Of a stretch of DNA of 64,000 bases, positions 37,601-51,375 are shown piece by piece. The stretch spans positions 22,037,714 to 22,101,713 of the forward strand of contig NC_057718.1 of the NCBI RefSeq assembly GCF_004010195.1, given 5' to 3'. How positions within the stretch are numbered: the first letter of the stretch is position 1; every line of letters starts with the position of its first letter. Source of the DNA: Chiloscyllium plagiosum (Eukaryota). The notes beneath the pieces were generated by a model. The model saw nothing but the letters and a program-made list of their open reading frames with translations, was not told where the DNA came from and made no database searches. The position numbers were made by a program, and so were the translations under genes.

Positions 37601-38685
37601 CCTCCCTGGATAATCCCTGCCAACTTACTAGTTTAAATCTTCCCGAGTAGCTCGAGCAAATCTCCCCACCAGTATATTAGTCCGTTTCTAATTTGTCCTT
37701 CTTATACAGGTTACATCGACCCCTAAAGAGATTCCAATGATTCAAAAATGTGAATCCTTTTCCCATACACCAGCTCCTCAGCCATGCATTCATCCACTCT
37801 ATCCTCCTATTCCTACCCTCACTAGCTCGTGGCATCAGGAGTAATGCAGATATTATTACCCCTGAAGAACTCCTTTTTAAATTCCTAATTTCCTAATTTC
37901 CTATATTCTATCCTCAGAATCTCATCATTTTCTCTTCCGATGTCATTAATTCCAATGTGTACAGCAACCTCTCCCCTTGGAGAATATTCTGCACCCTCTC
38001 TGATATATCTTTGATCCTGGCACCAGGGAGGCAACACACTATTCTGATGTCTTGCTGCCAGCTGCAGAAGTGTCAGTCTGTGCCTTTGACTAGAGAGTCC
38101 CCTATCACAATCGATTGCTTGGAACCTGACGTACTCCTCATTACATTTGAGCCAGTCTCTGTACCAGAAACCCAGCTGTCAGTGCTGCATTCCCCTGAGT
38201 CAATTGCCCCCTACATTTTCCATAGCAGGATACTTATTTGAGAAGGGGATAGTCACAGGAGACTCCTGCACTCCCTGCCTCCCTCTCCTACTTTTCCAGG
38301 AGGTATCCCATCTATCTGACTGAATCTTTGGTTTATCCCCTTCCTGGGACTGCCATCCTTCACACCCCTCAGCTCCTATAAATTCTTTATTGCCTCTAAC
38401 TCCAAACAGTCCATGTGATCCAATAGGATTCACAACCAAAAACACTTCCTGCAGACATAATCATCAGTGAAATGGAAACTCTCCCTAATCTCCCACATTC
38501 GACAGGAAAACTATGTCACTCTGCTGAAGGCCATCTTTGCACCTTTACAACCTAGACTCCCAGAAAATTTCACAGCCTTACTGCTCTTAAAACCCTGCTG
38601 CAGGCTAACTTAGTACCTACGTCTTTAATTTTTTAAGTTTAATCAGGAGACAGATCTCAATAAAACACCTTATCAAAAAACTCCT
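34692..38685 (-). mobile_element. Near full-length degenerate CR1 LINE (5'UTR, ORF1, ORF2, tail)
   Basis: Tail at ~34692; RT and EN ORF fragments (YMDFSK, GDFNFP, LNCIYFNARGL); esterase-region homology to 1225-1659; ORF1 ATG at 38534 reading MAFSRVT*FSCRMWEIRESFHFTDDYVCRKC. Confidence 0.9.
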
Positions 38686-39170
38686 TTGGACGTTCATTCC
38701 ACATGTGAGCCAGCCTCTGTGTTTAAAAAAAATGCCCCTCATGTCTTTTTTAAAATCTCTCTCTTTTCTTACCTTAAAAATATCCCCACCTAGTCTTGAA
38801 ATCCCCCATCATAGGGAAAAGACACCTACCATTTACCCTATTTATACCCCTCATGGTTTTATAAACCTCTATAAAGCTCCAGAGAAAAAAGTCTCAGCCT
38901 ATCCTGCCTTTCTTTATCACTCAAACTTTCTATACCTGGCAACATCCTGGTAAATCTCTACTGAACCCTCTCAAACTTCATAATGTCTTTCCTATAACAG
39001 GGTGACTAAAACTGGACACAGTGCTGCAGAAGAGGCCTCACCAATGTCCTGTATAATCTCAACGTTACTTCTCAACTCCTATACTCAAAGGACTGAGCAA
39101 TGAAGGCAACTGTGCTAAATGCCTTTTTAGCCACCTTGTTTATATGTGGTGCAAGCTTCAAAAAAGTTTG
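38686..39170 (-). mobile_element. CR1 subfamily 3, continuation
   Basis: CR1 3' ORF2/UTR sequence collinear with 34509-34691. Confidence 0.7.
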
Positions 39171-39189
39171 CCTTATTAAAAAAAACTCC

Positions 39190-40200
39190 TTTTCTTGAGA
39201 TCCGATGTCAACTTGATTTTCCCAGTCCACCTACATATTGAAGTCACCCATGGTTATTGTGATCCTGCCTTTTCTATCTCCTGATTTATATTCTTTCCAC
39301 ATCCCAGCTTCCAATAGGAGGCCTGTACACAACTTCCAACAGGTTCTTTTTACCTTTGCGGTTCCTCAACTGTACCCATATAGATTCTGTGCCTTACAAC
39401 TCTATATTACTTCTTGCTATTAATTTAATTTCATTTCTTACTTACAATTCTGCCCATCTGCCTGTCCTTTCGTTAGGACGTATATCTATGGAAATGTATT
39501 TACCCTGATCCCCTTGTAGCCATGTCTGTGTGATACCCACAACACCGTACCTGCCAGTTTTAATCTGACTACAAGCTCATTTACCTTGTTTCATATACTG
39601 AGTGTATTTAAGTACAGCATCTTCAGTCCTATGTTGACTGATCCTTTCTCTTTATCTACTGTGCCTGAAGTTAGATGCCTGATGCTTTCCGTATTCTCTG
39701 CCCTATTACTTGAACTAGAAATTTTTTAACCTCTGCTGACCCCTTTAAGTTTTAAGCCCCTTAAAACCTAATGGATGGCACAGTGGCTCAGTGGTTAACA
39801 CTGCTGCCTCACACCTCCAGGGGCCCGGGTTTGATTCTGGCCTTGGGTGACTGTGTGGAGTTTGCACATTCTCCCCGTGTCTGTGTGGGTTTCCTCTGGG
39901 TGCTCCGGTTTCCTCCCACAGTCCAAAGATGTGCAGTTTAGGTGAATTGGCCATGCTAAATTGTCCATAGTGTTAGGTACAGTAGTCAGAGGGAAATTAA
40001 TCTGGGTGCGTTACTCTTCGGAGGGTCGGTGTGGATTTGTTGGACCGAAGGGCCTGTTTCCACACTGTAGGGAACTTAATCTTAAGTGCTGACCTTTAAG
40101 GTTTCCCTAATTTTCCATGCAAATGAACCCAATGCCCCACTAGTTAGTTTAACGCCCTACCCACAGCCTGGTTATGCGATTTGCCAGGAATCTGGTACCA
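39190..40200 (-). mobile_element. CR1 endonuclease-region fragment (probably subfamily 2), interrupted by a V-SINE
   Basis: Minus strand reads MGDFNM*VDWENQVD at ~39210-39250; endonuclease N-terminal sequence near 39500-39620. Confidence 0.6.
39773..40080 (+). mobile_element. V-SINE
   Basis: Head, core, GGGCCTGTTTCCACACTGTAGGGA tail. Confidence 0.9.
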
Positions 40201-42074
40201 GCTTAATTTCCCAGCATAATGCACCACTGTGATTTGACTTGTTTAATCTGTACCTCTTGTCAAAAGCCCAAATATTCCTTTAGCTCTTTTTTAATGGCTG
40301 CAACCATTTGAAGTGCTGCTTTAATATTTTCTGACTCTGAATCCCCAGATCCGTCTACCATTTCACATCACCCAAACTGTTCCAACTGAATCTGCTACTT
40401 CCTATTTATTGACATTGAATTTTATTTGCCAGATACTACCTATTCCTCCACCTTATTTGAATCCTCCCAATTTGCTTTGTTTGGTCATCAGACTTACTTA
40501 CTTGGTCTACTAGTTTGAATCAACTACAAATTTGGAAACAAATCCACTACATATTTTCATAATGTTGATGTACACAATGAGCAGAGCCAGTGCCAGGATA
40601 TGGTGGGACACCGTTAACTGTTCCCAAATCTTCTGAGAAGTTTCTACTCTGTTTTTTCTAAAATGTTTTGAGTAACATTTCTATCCTTTGCTGAATTCCA
40701 CACCTTTTCATCTTTTCCACTCCTGTCTCTTGCATGCTACCTTGTTACTGGCTCTCTGAAACTCTGTGCACTGTGTATTCTCATCAGCCAATATTTCGGC
40801 CATTTCCTCAAATGTTTGCAAGCATGATAATTCTTCCTCAAATTTGCGTTGACTGGTTTGTTTCTTTTCTTCATTGTTGATATTTAGAAATTTCACATTT
40901 AGGTAAAGATTCTACACATTGTCAAGAAACTCACTGTAGGAATGATCAGGTTACCACTTTTGGAATGTGATCTAACTTGTTACAAGAACACATGAAACCA
41001 GTGACATTATACAATGTGACAATATTAGGCAGTGATTTGCACAAAAGAAATGGTCAAAAACATTGAGAAATGCTAACAGTAAGTGCATGCTAGATTAGCA
41101 AACTGATACTGGTGCAGGTACAATGGACCAAATGTCCTCCTTCTGCACCAGAATAATTCTGTAATTATAGTTAAGATCAACATACCAAGTTGACTGTTTC
41201 ATAAACTTAATTATGATACGAGTGCAGGTCATCGGAATATACTTCATTGCTGCAACTTATTTGACACCAGCAAAAGTACTGCTTGTGATATGGTTGCTGT
41301 TCAATTCTAGTAATTTGCTTTGGGAAATGAGGTGGAAGAAATGAAACTGATTATACTGCTAGCACTATCATCAATATATCTCTAACTGGGGCCAGGTGGG
41401 GGGGGGTGCACTACAAATTATTTCAATGCCAAAGCAAGTGATGGTCTGCATCTGTTTTAGCTGCCAAGGATACTGATGCCACATTAGTACTTTTGTCCTG
41501 AATATGGAACACGCATAAATCTTATAGAGTCATAGAGTCATAGAGACATCAAACTGAATTTAATATAGATTTGAGATATTATAGTCAAAATGTTAGGTTG
41601 CAGCTGTTAATTGATGAATGCTGATAGAAAAGCTATAATTACAATCCTCACATTATTTAAGGACATTCTCTCAATTACATTAGCTTTTGACAGCAACTCA
41701 ACAAAATTATTCACTAGCCTCGATGTGAAATACAAGAATATCTGGTTGCCATCTTCTGTTGAAGAAAGTACATACTTGTGATTTTGTTTGGAAGGAATGC
41801 GTTGATGATTAGTGTAATGTGAAAGTTCTGTTCAAGGATGATGTGGATGCCATATTGTGTGAACTGCTCCGAAATGGTAATCATCTGAAGGAACCTAGAG
41901 AAATTCAAATTGCAACACCAAGGCATTTTGTGAACAATGTGGTTGGCTTATTTTAATTTTACCTAAGTTGACAAAGTAGCAATAATGATGGTTTCCATGT
42001 TTTACATTCTCTACATAATAGCTTTGATTACTGAGATTCTTAAAAGTTTGGCCTGTATTTGTGTGTGCAGCAAT

Positions 42075-43290
42075 AAAGTGATGGAAGTCATCTTCAGTCG
42101 TGCTTTCAAGCAGCATCTGTTCAGCAGTAATCTGCTCACTGACGCCCAGTTTGTGTTCTGCCAGTGCCGCTCAGCTCCTGACCTCATTAAAGCCTTCGTT
42201 CAAACATAGACAAAAGAGCTGAATTCTCGAGGTTAGGACAGAGTTACTGCCCTTGACCTTAAGTCTACATTTGACCAGATGTGACATCAATGAGTCCAGG
42301 CATAATTGGAGTCATACCTGGCACATAAGGGGAGGGTTGTGGTTATAGCTTTCATTCTAGGTATAGGATATGTTTGCACGAGTTCCTCAGGGTAGTGTCC
42401 TAGGCCTAACCACCTTCAAATGCTTCATCAGTGACTTTTCCTCCACATTAAGGTCAGAAATGGGGATGATCATTAATGATTGCACAAGGTTCAGCGCCAT
42501 TCGGGACTCCTCAGATACTGATGCAGTCTGTATCCACTGGAGCAAGACCTGGACAATATCCAAGCTCGAGCTGAAAAGTGGCAGGGAACATTTGTGCCAT
42601 GAAAATGCTAGGCAATGACCATCTCTTGAACTAGTGCCCCTTGACATTCACTGATGTTATTATTACCGAATACCCCTCTATTACCAACCTAGGGGTGGCC
42701 ATTCATCAATAACTGAACTGGAGTAGCCATATAAATATAAGGACGTCAGATGCTAGGAACAATGCAGTGAGTAACTGTTCTCCAAAGTTCCCAAAGCCTG
42801 TACACTATCAACAAGGCTCAAGTGAGTAGAATCCTCCAGCAACACTCAAGAACCTTAATACCAACCACGACAAAACAGGTCACTTGGCACCACACCCACA
42901 AAGTTTCACGCCCTTCACCACTGATGCTCAGCAGTAGCATTCTATACCATCCATATGATACATTGCAGAAATTCACCAACAGCACATTCCAAACCCATGG
43001 CCACTATTATCTCAAAGGACAAGGGCTGCAGATCCATGGGGAAGCCACTACCTGCAAGTTCCCCTCATAGCCACTCACCATCTTGACATGGAAATATAAT
43101 ATTGCTCCTTTACTGTATCTGTGTCAGAAATCTGGAACTCCCTCCTGAATAGCATTGTGGGTGTCTACGCAAAGCACACAGACTGCAACGGTTCAAGAGG
43201 CAACTCACTACCACCTCAAGGGCAACTAGAGACGGGCATTAAATGCTCGCCTAGCCAGCAATGCCCATGCCCTAAGAGAGAGTAAAAAAT
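42075..43290 (+). mobile_element. Degenerate CR1/L2-group LINE 3' half (distinct family)
   Basis: HLFSSNLLTDAQF...SAPDLI; RVPQGSVLG...FISD; 3' end GGCAACTAGAGACGGGCATTAAATGCTCGCCTAGCCAGC. Confidence 0.75.
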
Positions 43291-44161
43291 AGGAAGACCA
43301 TTCTCAGAACTCACTTTATGTATCAAGTAATGTGCTTTAAACAGTTAAAGAGATGGTAGACGATCTAGATTGCTTCAAATACAATATAATCAGGGACAGA
43401 TCCCCTAATGAGATGCCTAAATCAAAGACAATGTTTATATTGTTTTATAAATTGCACTAGATTGATATATAGATAAGGATTTATTTATGTACTAGCATTA
43501 GCTATTATTGGGATTAAATGAATTAATCACAAAGCTTTTTCTGATTTACAGAAACTTGTTTGGAGAGTTTCTGAACAAATTTTGATTTATAGAATTTTAA
43601 CACAAAAATTTCTGCCTGAAACAAATTTAAACAAAGCTTTAAGTAATAACTTTATATCCCTTTCCCAAAGGTCCACAGGTGGGTTTGGATAGATGTTTGT
43701 TATCTGTGGACATTTGCCTTTGCATTGTTCTTTCAAAACATTTTTTCTTGGATGAGAGTAAGAATGGTTATACGACTGCCCTGAAATCACTATAATGAGT
43801 GAATTTTAATAATTGACATTTCATTGAGACATTTGACACCACCCTCTGATTTTATTTTTGATTCAGGAAGTCGAGAAGGGCTAATACTTCATAAAGGATC
43901 AATAAGTGGTCCAGAAGGGATGTTAATCGTAGATTAAATATACATGGACTTAGGACATTGTGCACTTGATAAGTGATGCAGGCGTACTTTTTTCTGGTTA
44001 TTTTTAAGTTATTTTATCCATTTCAATAAGAAAATATATCAAATGGTCAGGTATATTGTATATATAGGCCTTTGTTTTGAATACTCAAAACATTTTTAAG
44101 TGTTCATAAGGTCGTACTTTGCTAAAAATAAGTTGATTCTGTGTTTTGTTCAATAACTTGT

Positions 44162-44395
44162 GGGCGGCACGGTGGCACAGTGGTTAGCACTGCTGCCTCA
44201 CAGCGCCAGAGACCCGGGTTCATTTCCCGACTCAGGCGACTGACTGTGTGGAGTTTGCACGTTCTCCCCGTGTCTGCGTGGGTTTCCTCCGGGTGCTCCG
44301 GTTTCCTCCCACAGTCCAAAGATGTGCAGNNNNNNNNNNNNNNNNNNNNNNNNNNNNNNNNNNNNNNTAATCTAATCTAATCTAATCTAATCTAA
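44162..44395 (+). mobile_element. Young HE1/V-SINE with internal 38-N gap (44330-44367)
   Basis: Consensus-like head and core, (TAATC)n tail, AACTTG repeated at 44155-44160 and 44396-44401. Confidence 0.92.
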
Positions 44396-44549
44396 AACTT
44401 GATATCTCTCATTAAAATAACTAGCACCATTTTCTGTTAGCAGGAAAAAAAATCTGTTTTCAAAGATTTAGCAGGGTCTCAGAAATGACTTCATCTTCTC
44501 GAATATTAGTTTACTTTGGTGTCTCTAATAGAGGATTCATGCTATCTAT

Positions 44550-45128
44550 TGTTATGCACTAGGCCAGACCCTCTCAAAACATTTCAAGAAGGTAGCTCTG
44601 ACTCTAACTTTTCTAATTGTTTTAAAGTCAATATTCCAGGTGTGATGCAGCTGGCCCAACTGCTCAGTTTTAACAAAACTGAATTTATTTAAAGACAACT
44701 GAATGAAACATGAACAAAAGAGAACCGAATTTAGAATAGCTTAACCTGTCTGAAAACTCAATCGACCCTATCATAACTTAACGATGCTGTTCCAAATACC
44801 TGCAACATCCCATAACCCCCCCTTAGCAAAAAGGTAAATTTAAACAAAGGTTCTTACAGGAGCGATGTCAGAGAGAGAGAGAGAGGATCCGCATGGAGCT
44901 GTTTCTTTGACCAGCAGCCTCAAGCAGACTGCTTGTTAAAACCAAACCAAACCTCTGAACTGGGGGAACTAGCCATTGCCCTTTCATTGTGCAAGTGTTT
45001 TAAAAGAAATACTTAAAGGCCTTCTCAAGTAGGTATTTCCAGACATATTGGAATCTCTGCCATTATGAACTCTTTTGAAAAAAAAAACAAGGACAACATA
45101 ACCTTGTTAAAGGAGCAGCATTGTCACA
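44550..45128 (-). mobile_element. Solo LTR with 4-bp TSD
   Basis: TGTTA...TCACA termini, CTAT at 44546-44549 and 45129-45132, minus-strand AATAAA near 44686. Homologous to 12602-13245 and 2526-2783. Confidence 0.88.
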
Positions 45129-47048
45129 CTATGAACAGGGAAAATAACAGCCAGGTTGATCAGCTAATCAGATTGTAGGATACCCGGCAACATAGGAAGT
45201 AAAAACCAGAATCAATTTTCATTTAAATCATTGTACAGAAGGCCAAATAAATATTGAGCCGTATGGGATATTAGGGAGAACATTGAATAGAAAAACAGAG
45301 AAACTTTAAAAAAACTGCAACATTTCCTTTGAGTGAATAAGACACACTTGCAAAATTACATTTTCAAGGCCAGCAAGGTTGTTCAAAAGTAATTAAATTT
45401 AATTATTTTAATTAAGTTTTAATACTAATATAGTTATGAAATTACTTAATGATTTAATTTAACAGAATTAAGGTTCAGTCAAGACTAATTGGACTTTGAT
45501 GTGATAATAAATTAGTTTAAATTCACACCTGAGTGGTAATTTTTAAAGATTACATCAGCAAAAACCGCAGTGGTATGTCCTGTGGAGGAGGGGTTATGGC
45601 CAGCAACTTCCAGATTTCTTTGTTTAATTGCACATGTGTGGACTCATGAAGCTGGTATCAGTTTCACCCAGTAAAGATGGTGAGTGCTCACAGCCTTTTC
45701 ATTGACACAGCAAAGTCCAGATTGATATCAAATAATCATGCAGCTAACATCATCAAATTTATCTTTTATGCACCAAGAAATACTGATAAAGTTACAAGTG
45801 AAGTTTCAAAAGTCCTTTGAGTATCCATAGAATTTTCTAGCAGTACCATATATATGTAGAAAATTATAATGCACATTTTTGAAAAGCAATGGACCAAATC
45901 TGAAAAGCCATTGAATGCTGGAAATAAACCATTAGCAAAGCTATGCCCTGTCTGCTGGAATTATGAGCAGTGCTTTGTATATCAGAGATACCTGACAATC
46001 ATATACTCTCAACCATATCATTTGACTTGAATTATTTGATAATAACTAATTTGCAGTGAAAACTTTCTTTCAAAGAAGCAAATAGGAAGTAACTTTTCTA
46101 ATCAAGCATCTTATAGTAAAAAAAGATTAATTTACCTGATGCACTTAAACCACATTGGAAATTAAATTGCTTTAAGTCATTCTACTTCTGAAGGTAATTA
46201 GCTTCTCAACTAATTTTGGCAAAGTACTTTTTATCTTGTTCTATAAATATTATTGTCTGCTGAGAGTTTTTTCTCAGAGTATGTATGAATTATAGTTCTG
46301 GCAAAAGTTGCTGTTGAAGTACAATATTAAGCTTTATGTTTCAACAATATATTCAGAATATATTTTGAATATGTAGCAAAATGATTTTTAAAGGAAATGG
46401 TAAGGCAATTTGGGAAAATAATAAAAGAGCAGGAGAGAAGAAGAAGATCTGGAGAAGGGCAGCAACATTTATTGGAGCAGAAGAAAGGAGAATCCGGAAA
46501 AGAGACAGTGGGGTCTAAAAGTGTGGAAGAGAGTTGGACCCGGAGAGAGGCACCAGGACCAAAAAGGCTGGGAGACAGGACTCCTACAGATAGTGAGTGG
46601 CACCTAAAAGAGTGAGAAAGAGGAGGACCTGAAGCGAGGCAGCAGCAACTAATAGAGTAGGAAAGAGGATGATCTGAAGATAGATAACAGCTAACATCTC
46701 CACTTTAGATTCTGTGATGAGTCATCTTTTAGAGAATCTCAAGTGGGATAAGTAAAATATTTGTTGAAATAGTAGGAAAATAATCACAGGCAGGACAAGA
46801 AACATGAATTAAAATTTAATCAGTGATGACAGGAATGACTACCATCAGGTACACTGGTCCACATAAGATCCTAAAGAATCCACATGCTTAGAAAGTATGA
46901 TGGTGGCACGCACAATAGTTCTTTCAAGTTGGAAGGTAACAAATGTAACTCCACTATTTAAGAAAGAAGGGAAGAAAAAATCGGATACTACAGATCTGTT
47001 GCCCTGACATCAATGGTAGGAAAATGCAAGAAACTACTATAAAGGATG

Positions 47049-47257
47049 ATTCGGAGATGCCGGTGTTGGACTGGGGTGTACAAAGTTAAAAATCACACAA
47101 CACCAGGTTATAGTCCAACAGGTTTAATTGGAAGCACACTAGCTTTCGGAGCGACGCTCCTTTATCACAATCACCTGATGAAGGAGTGTCGCTCTGAAAG
47201 CTAGTGTGCTTCCAATTAAACCTGTTGGACTATAACCTGGTGTTGTGTGATTTTTTA
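47049..47257. mobile_element. Fold-back element (family A) with 13-bp TSD and hammerhead motif
   Basis: TSD ACTATAAAGGATG at 47036-47048 and 47258-47270. Arms ~47084-47167 and ~47176-47260. Plus strand CAC-CTGATGA-A-GGAGT-GTC-GCTCT-GAA-AGCT-A-GTG from 47172. Confidence 0.9.
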
Positions 47258-47435
47258 ACTATAAAGGATGGACACTTCGAAAATAATGGTAGGGTTGGGC
47301 AGATTGAACATAGGTTCATGAAAGGTAACCTGTTGGACTATAACCTGGTGTTGTGTGATTTTTAACTATAAAGGATGGACACTTCGAAAATAATGGTAGG
47401 GTTGGGCAGATTGAACATAGGTTCATGAAAGGTAA
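47221..47435. repeat. Tandem duplication of ~108 bp
   Basis: 47221-47328 and 47329-47435 are identical except for one T in a T-run. Confidence 0.9.
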
Positions 47436-47959
47436 GTCATGTTTGACACACTTTTTGACATTTTTGAGGAGGTTATTTTATCATCGATACAGGAGAATCA
47501 ATGGATATGTTGTATTTGGATTTTCAGATGGTCTCACACAGGAAATGATTAAGCAAAATTAGAGCACATAGAATAGTGTGTAATGTACTGGTGTGGATTG
47601 GGAATTGGTTAATGAACAGAAAACAGAGTAGGAATACATGAGTTGTTCTGAATTGGCTGACTGCAATTGATGGGTCAGTGCTTCAGTCTCAGCTGTTCAC
47701 AAGCTGTCTCAAAGATTTGCTTGAGGGCACCATGGGTAAAACTTTCAAGTTTGTTGCCGACACAAAATTAGGGGAGAATGTGAGTTGTGAGCGGGTTGGG
47801 AAAAGGCTTCCCAGTTATTTAGACAGATGAAGTGAATGGGAAAGAACATGGCAGATGGAATATGACATAGAGAGGTGTGAAGTTATCTACTTCAATAATA
47901 TAAATAGAAATGCAGAGTGTTTCTTAAATGGTGAGAGAAAGGGAAGTGTTAATCTCCGA

Positions 47960-48560
47960 AGAACATAAGAACTGGGAACTAGGAGCAAGAATAGCCACTT
48001 CAGCCCCTTGAGCATGCTCTGCCATTTGATGCATCATGGCTGATCTCATCTTGGCTTCAACTCCATTTTCCTGTCCACTCATCAGAATCCTGTAATCCAT
48101 TGTGTATTTAAAAACTGTCTATCTCCTCCATAAGTTTACTCAATTTCTTGGCATCTTTCACAATCTGGGGTAGTGAATTGCATCGATTCATGACCCTTTG
48201 AGACAAGTAATTTCTCCTCGTCAATCTATGACCTGTCATTCTAGGTTACCCCACATTAGGAGATATCCTTTCTCGGATTACTTTGTCAATCCCATTTAGA
48301 TCTTATATACCTCGGTTAGGTTTCTTGTCATTCTTCTAAACTCCAGAAAGTATAGGCTTAAACTGCTCAATCTCTCTTCAGAAGACAAGCCCCATATCTT
48401 TGGAATCAATCTATTGAGCCTCCTCTGAACTGCCTCCAATGCAACTAGACCCTTCCTCAAGTCAGGGGATCAAAATTGCAGTTGCAGCAAAATTTCCGAA
48501 GTTTTATACTCTATTCTTTTAGCAATAAATGCAAAAATTCCAATTTCCCTTCCTTACTCA
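47960..48560 (-). mobile_element. CR1 3' end fragment
   Basis: AAGAACATAAGAACT tail followed by CR1 3'UTR/ORF2-end sequence. Confidence 0.75.
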
Positions 48561-48639
48561 AAGCAGCTGAAGACATGACAAATGATTGAGTAATTTAAAA
48601 TGTGATATAGAAGAAGCCAAAATGGAGAAGTGCAGAGAT

Positions 48640-49010
48640 CTGAGTGTTGAGGTATGGAGGTAGCTTAGAAGAGACAGATGGAGAGGAGCTTATGTCATGG
48701 AGAATTAAAAAAAAAATTGGGAATTATAAAAATGAGGATCTGCTGGACAGGAAGTAATATAGGTCAGTTACCACAGGTGACAGCATAAAGTTTTGGATGG
48801 CTTCAAGTCTATGGAGGGTAGATGATTGGAGACTATCAGGTGGCATTGTGGTAGTCAGGTCTGGGTATGACAAAGGTCAGGATGGGGTGTCAGCAGCAGA
48901 TGGATGAGAGCAGGCGCTGTTATGAAGATGGAATTAGGTGATATTAGTGATGGATTTGATATGTGGTTGGAAGCTAATCTAAAGTCATAAAAGGAGCTGC
49001 CCAGGAGAAT
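48640..49010 (-). mobile_element. Old L2-like LINE fragment
   Basis: Degenerate similarity to the L2 ORF2 C-terminal region (minus strand CTTTGTCATACCCAGACCTGACTAC, like FVTSRLDY). Confidence 0.5.
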
Positions 49011-51049
49011 GATGGAGTCAGTGACCCCAGAGCAAAGAATCATCTTCCTGTGTGCAATTTCATTGGAGGCAAACTATCAATTTCCCATTTCAATCATCTG
49101 GGCTATTGTGTTATAATATTTCATTCAATGGTGAATCTGCAGCAAAGAGAATGAGCCATCTGGTTTTCCACTGTTGTAAACATAGCAGTTGTCACCATAA
49201 AAAGTGCATTATTTCTGTAATATTGTAGCAATGATTCTCAAAACAAACCCTCATGTAGTGCCAGAGATTCCTCCAGCTCTGTTTCAGTGTTTTTCCGAGA
49301 CTCCCACTTGGATCCTATAGCAGGGCTCCCTTCAAGAATCATGAGTCTTGGCAATGTTGCTACTGAGTTATAATGACAATTCATTTCCAAATCAATTTTG
49401 TAGAAACTGAAATGCTTGAGAATGTAATTGTGTTAATAGCTGAAAATATCAAGAATGCAATATGTCTTGCACAACGTAATAACTATGACATTAGAGAAAA
49501 CGAGAAATCTTTTGCTTTCGCTGGTTGTGAGCTGAGAGATGGATAGGTGGAGAATGATGGTGGATATCTCTTCCGTCAGAATTAAGTTCTAGACAGGAAG
49601 ACCCATGGCTGACCTACTCACTGCACTGTCAATTGAGTCCCTTAAGTGGCTAATTAATAACTGCCTGAAGGCCTCATCCCACTTCCACTGGTACTAACTC
49701 AACCCCAGGCAAGTCTGTTGCCATGCAGCTTGATTGGCAGCTAAAACAGTGAACCAACTCGTATTTCTTGAGGGTAGAGGGAGAATCCCTGTAAGCACAT
49801 AGGAAAGTGGGGGACCCTCTGAGAGTCACCAACCCTTACCTTCGAAGTTGAAACATTTTTTGAAGGAGGTTGACACTAACAGGTGAAGAGTTCTACTCTT
49901 CAGCAGCAGTATTTCTCATCTTGATGGACTTAAATATAGATTTATTGAAAATATTAAGTTTTAAAATATTTCTTAATAGACATTTTTTCACAATAAAACA
50001 TACTGGTATTGACCAGTGTGACATGTTATTTCAGCTCAGTAGCTTTTGAATTATTTCTTCCCCATTCCTCATTCTAATTATATTTGTTTTTGATGCATTT
50101 TTAGTACATCCAGTTTCAAACCCCTAAATTAAGGCTTCCACAGTGCAACTTGTTCAATTTATGATTCCAGGACCTTTTTGCACTTAAATTGATAAATGAC
50201 TTTGTTTTATATAGATACATCTGTAGACAAAACTGCCACATTTACAAGCAGAAATAGATTTTTATTCACACAGAAAAAATTACATTCACTTTCTTAAGTA
50301 AGTTTCTTAATGATGTCTTATGATTTTTTAATGCTGGCGTATTATCAGGATATTAACAATGATTATGCAATTGGATAATAGTTAACGCTTTTGTAAACCA
50401 AAATTGGAGACATGTATCAAAATTTAATTAACATAAAGGAAATCTGTAAGATTTAAGCAATGAGATTTAATTCATCTGTACTTTTTATTGCATTATGTGT
50501 TGTATCCACTTTGTAAAAAAGTATTATATTTGAAAAACCCTTTAAAAAAAAGCTGAAATTGGATGTTGGAAACCATTTTTTGCTTTTATTGTAAATTTCC
50601 CACATCCGCTATGCTTTGCTCTTTTATTTCTGATTTCCAACATCTACGATCCATTTTTCATGTAGTAATGATAGTAATGGACAATATGGTTTAATCCACT
50701 AAAGGAATACATGACAGTTTTATACAGACTCAAATATACATTTTTATTAAAAGCAGTTGTTGATTCAGAACCGTGTGAAACTATTGTAAACAAATTGGGG
50801 GTGATTTTTTTTGCCATGTTTTGCTGCAGTTGGCTTGCAGAAATGGCACAGAAAATTACTCTAGCAAGGCAAAACATTTCTACCATTTCCCTCAAATTTC
50901 TTTATGCTTATTGATTTGCCTGCAGTCCAGCCAACAAAAGTCCTCTGGACATATTTTTGTATATCAAGTGAGAGCTTGTGGTGTAAGAACTATGTGTTTG
51001 TAGGAACTGTGTGTTTCTGAGATTCTCACTACTATTCTACGCTTGGTAA

Positions 51050-51375
51050 ATTACAGGGTGATACTTTAGTGCTGTGGATGCTAAGGGTATGCTACAATAT
51101 AGGAGATGGCACCTATTAGATGCTAAATGCCAAGATCTCACCTATCTTTTTAAGCAGGTGTAAAAGTTCCCATGCTGCTATTCAATGATAGGTGCTTAGA
51201 TCAATAAATTTCCCCAATTAATGTCATTAAAACCGATCATCCGGTCACTATTGAATTGTTCTTTATTAGAGCTTGCTCTGTGCTCCTGGCTTCTAATTTC
51301 CGTCATGCCAAGATTGGCTGGAGTTCAAAAGTAGTTCATCCTGACATGAATGGTGTTATATAAATACAAGTCCTT
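51050..51375 (+). mobile_element. Ancient DeuSINE-like SINE
   Basis: CAGGTGTAAAAGTTCCCATGCTGCTATTCAA...CAAAAGTAGTTCAT...GGTGTTATATAAATACAAGTC. Confidence 0.55.

Larger units (their letters stand above)
46880..47960 (+). mobile_element. Old CR1 RT fragment interrupted by a fold-back element
   Basis: AAATGTAACTCCACTATTTAAGAAAG (NVTPLFKK), TATTTGGATTTTCAG (YLDFQ), AAGTTTGTTGCCGACACAAAA, TGGCAGATGGAATAT (WQMEY). Confidence 0.75.

Noticed and set aside
11759..44380. Recurrent ORFs such as MDCGRKPEHPEETHADTGR...
   Set aside because: They are translations of V-SINE copies, not a protein family.
46397..46615. 72-aa purine-rich ORF as a possible exon
   Set aside because: No RyR or other recognisable similarity and no convincing splice signals.
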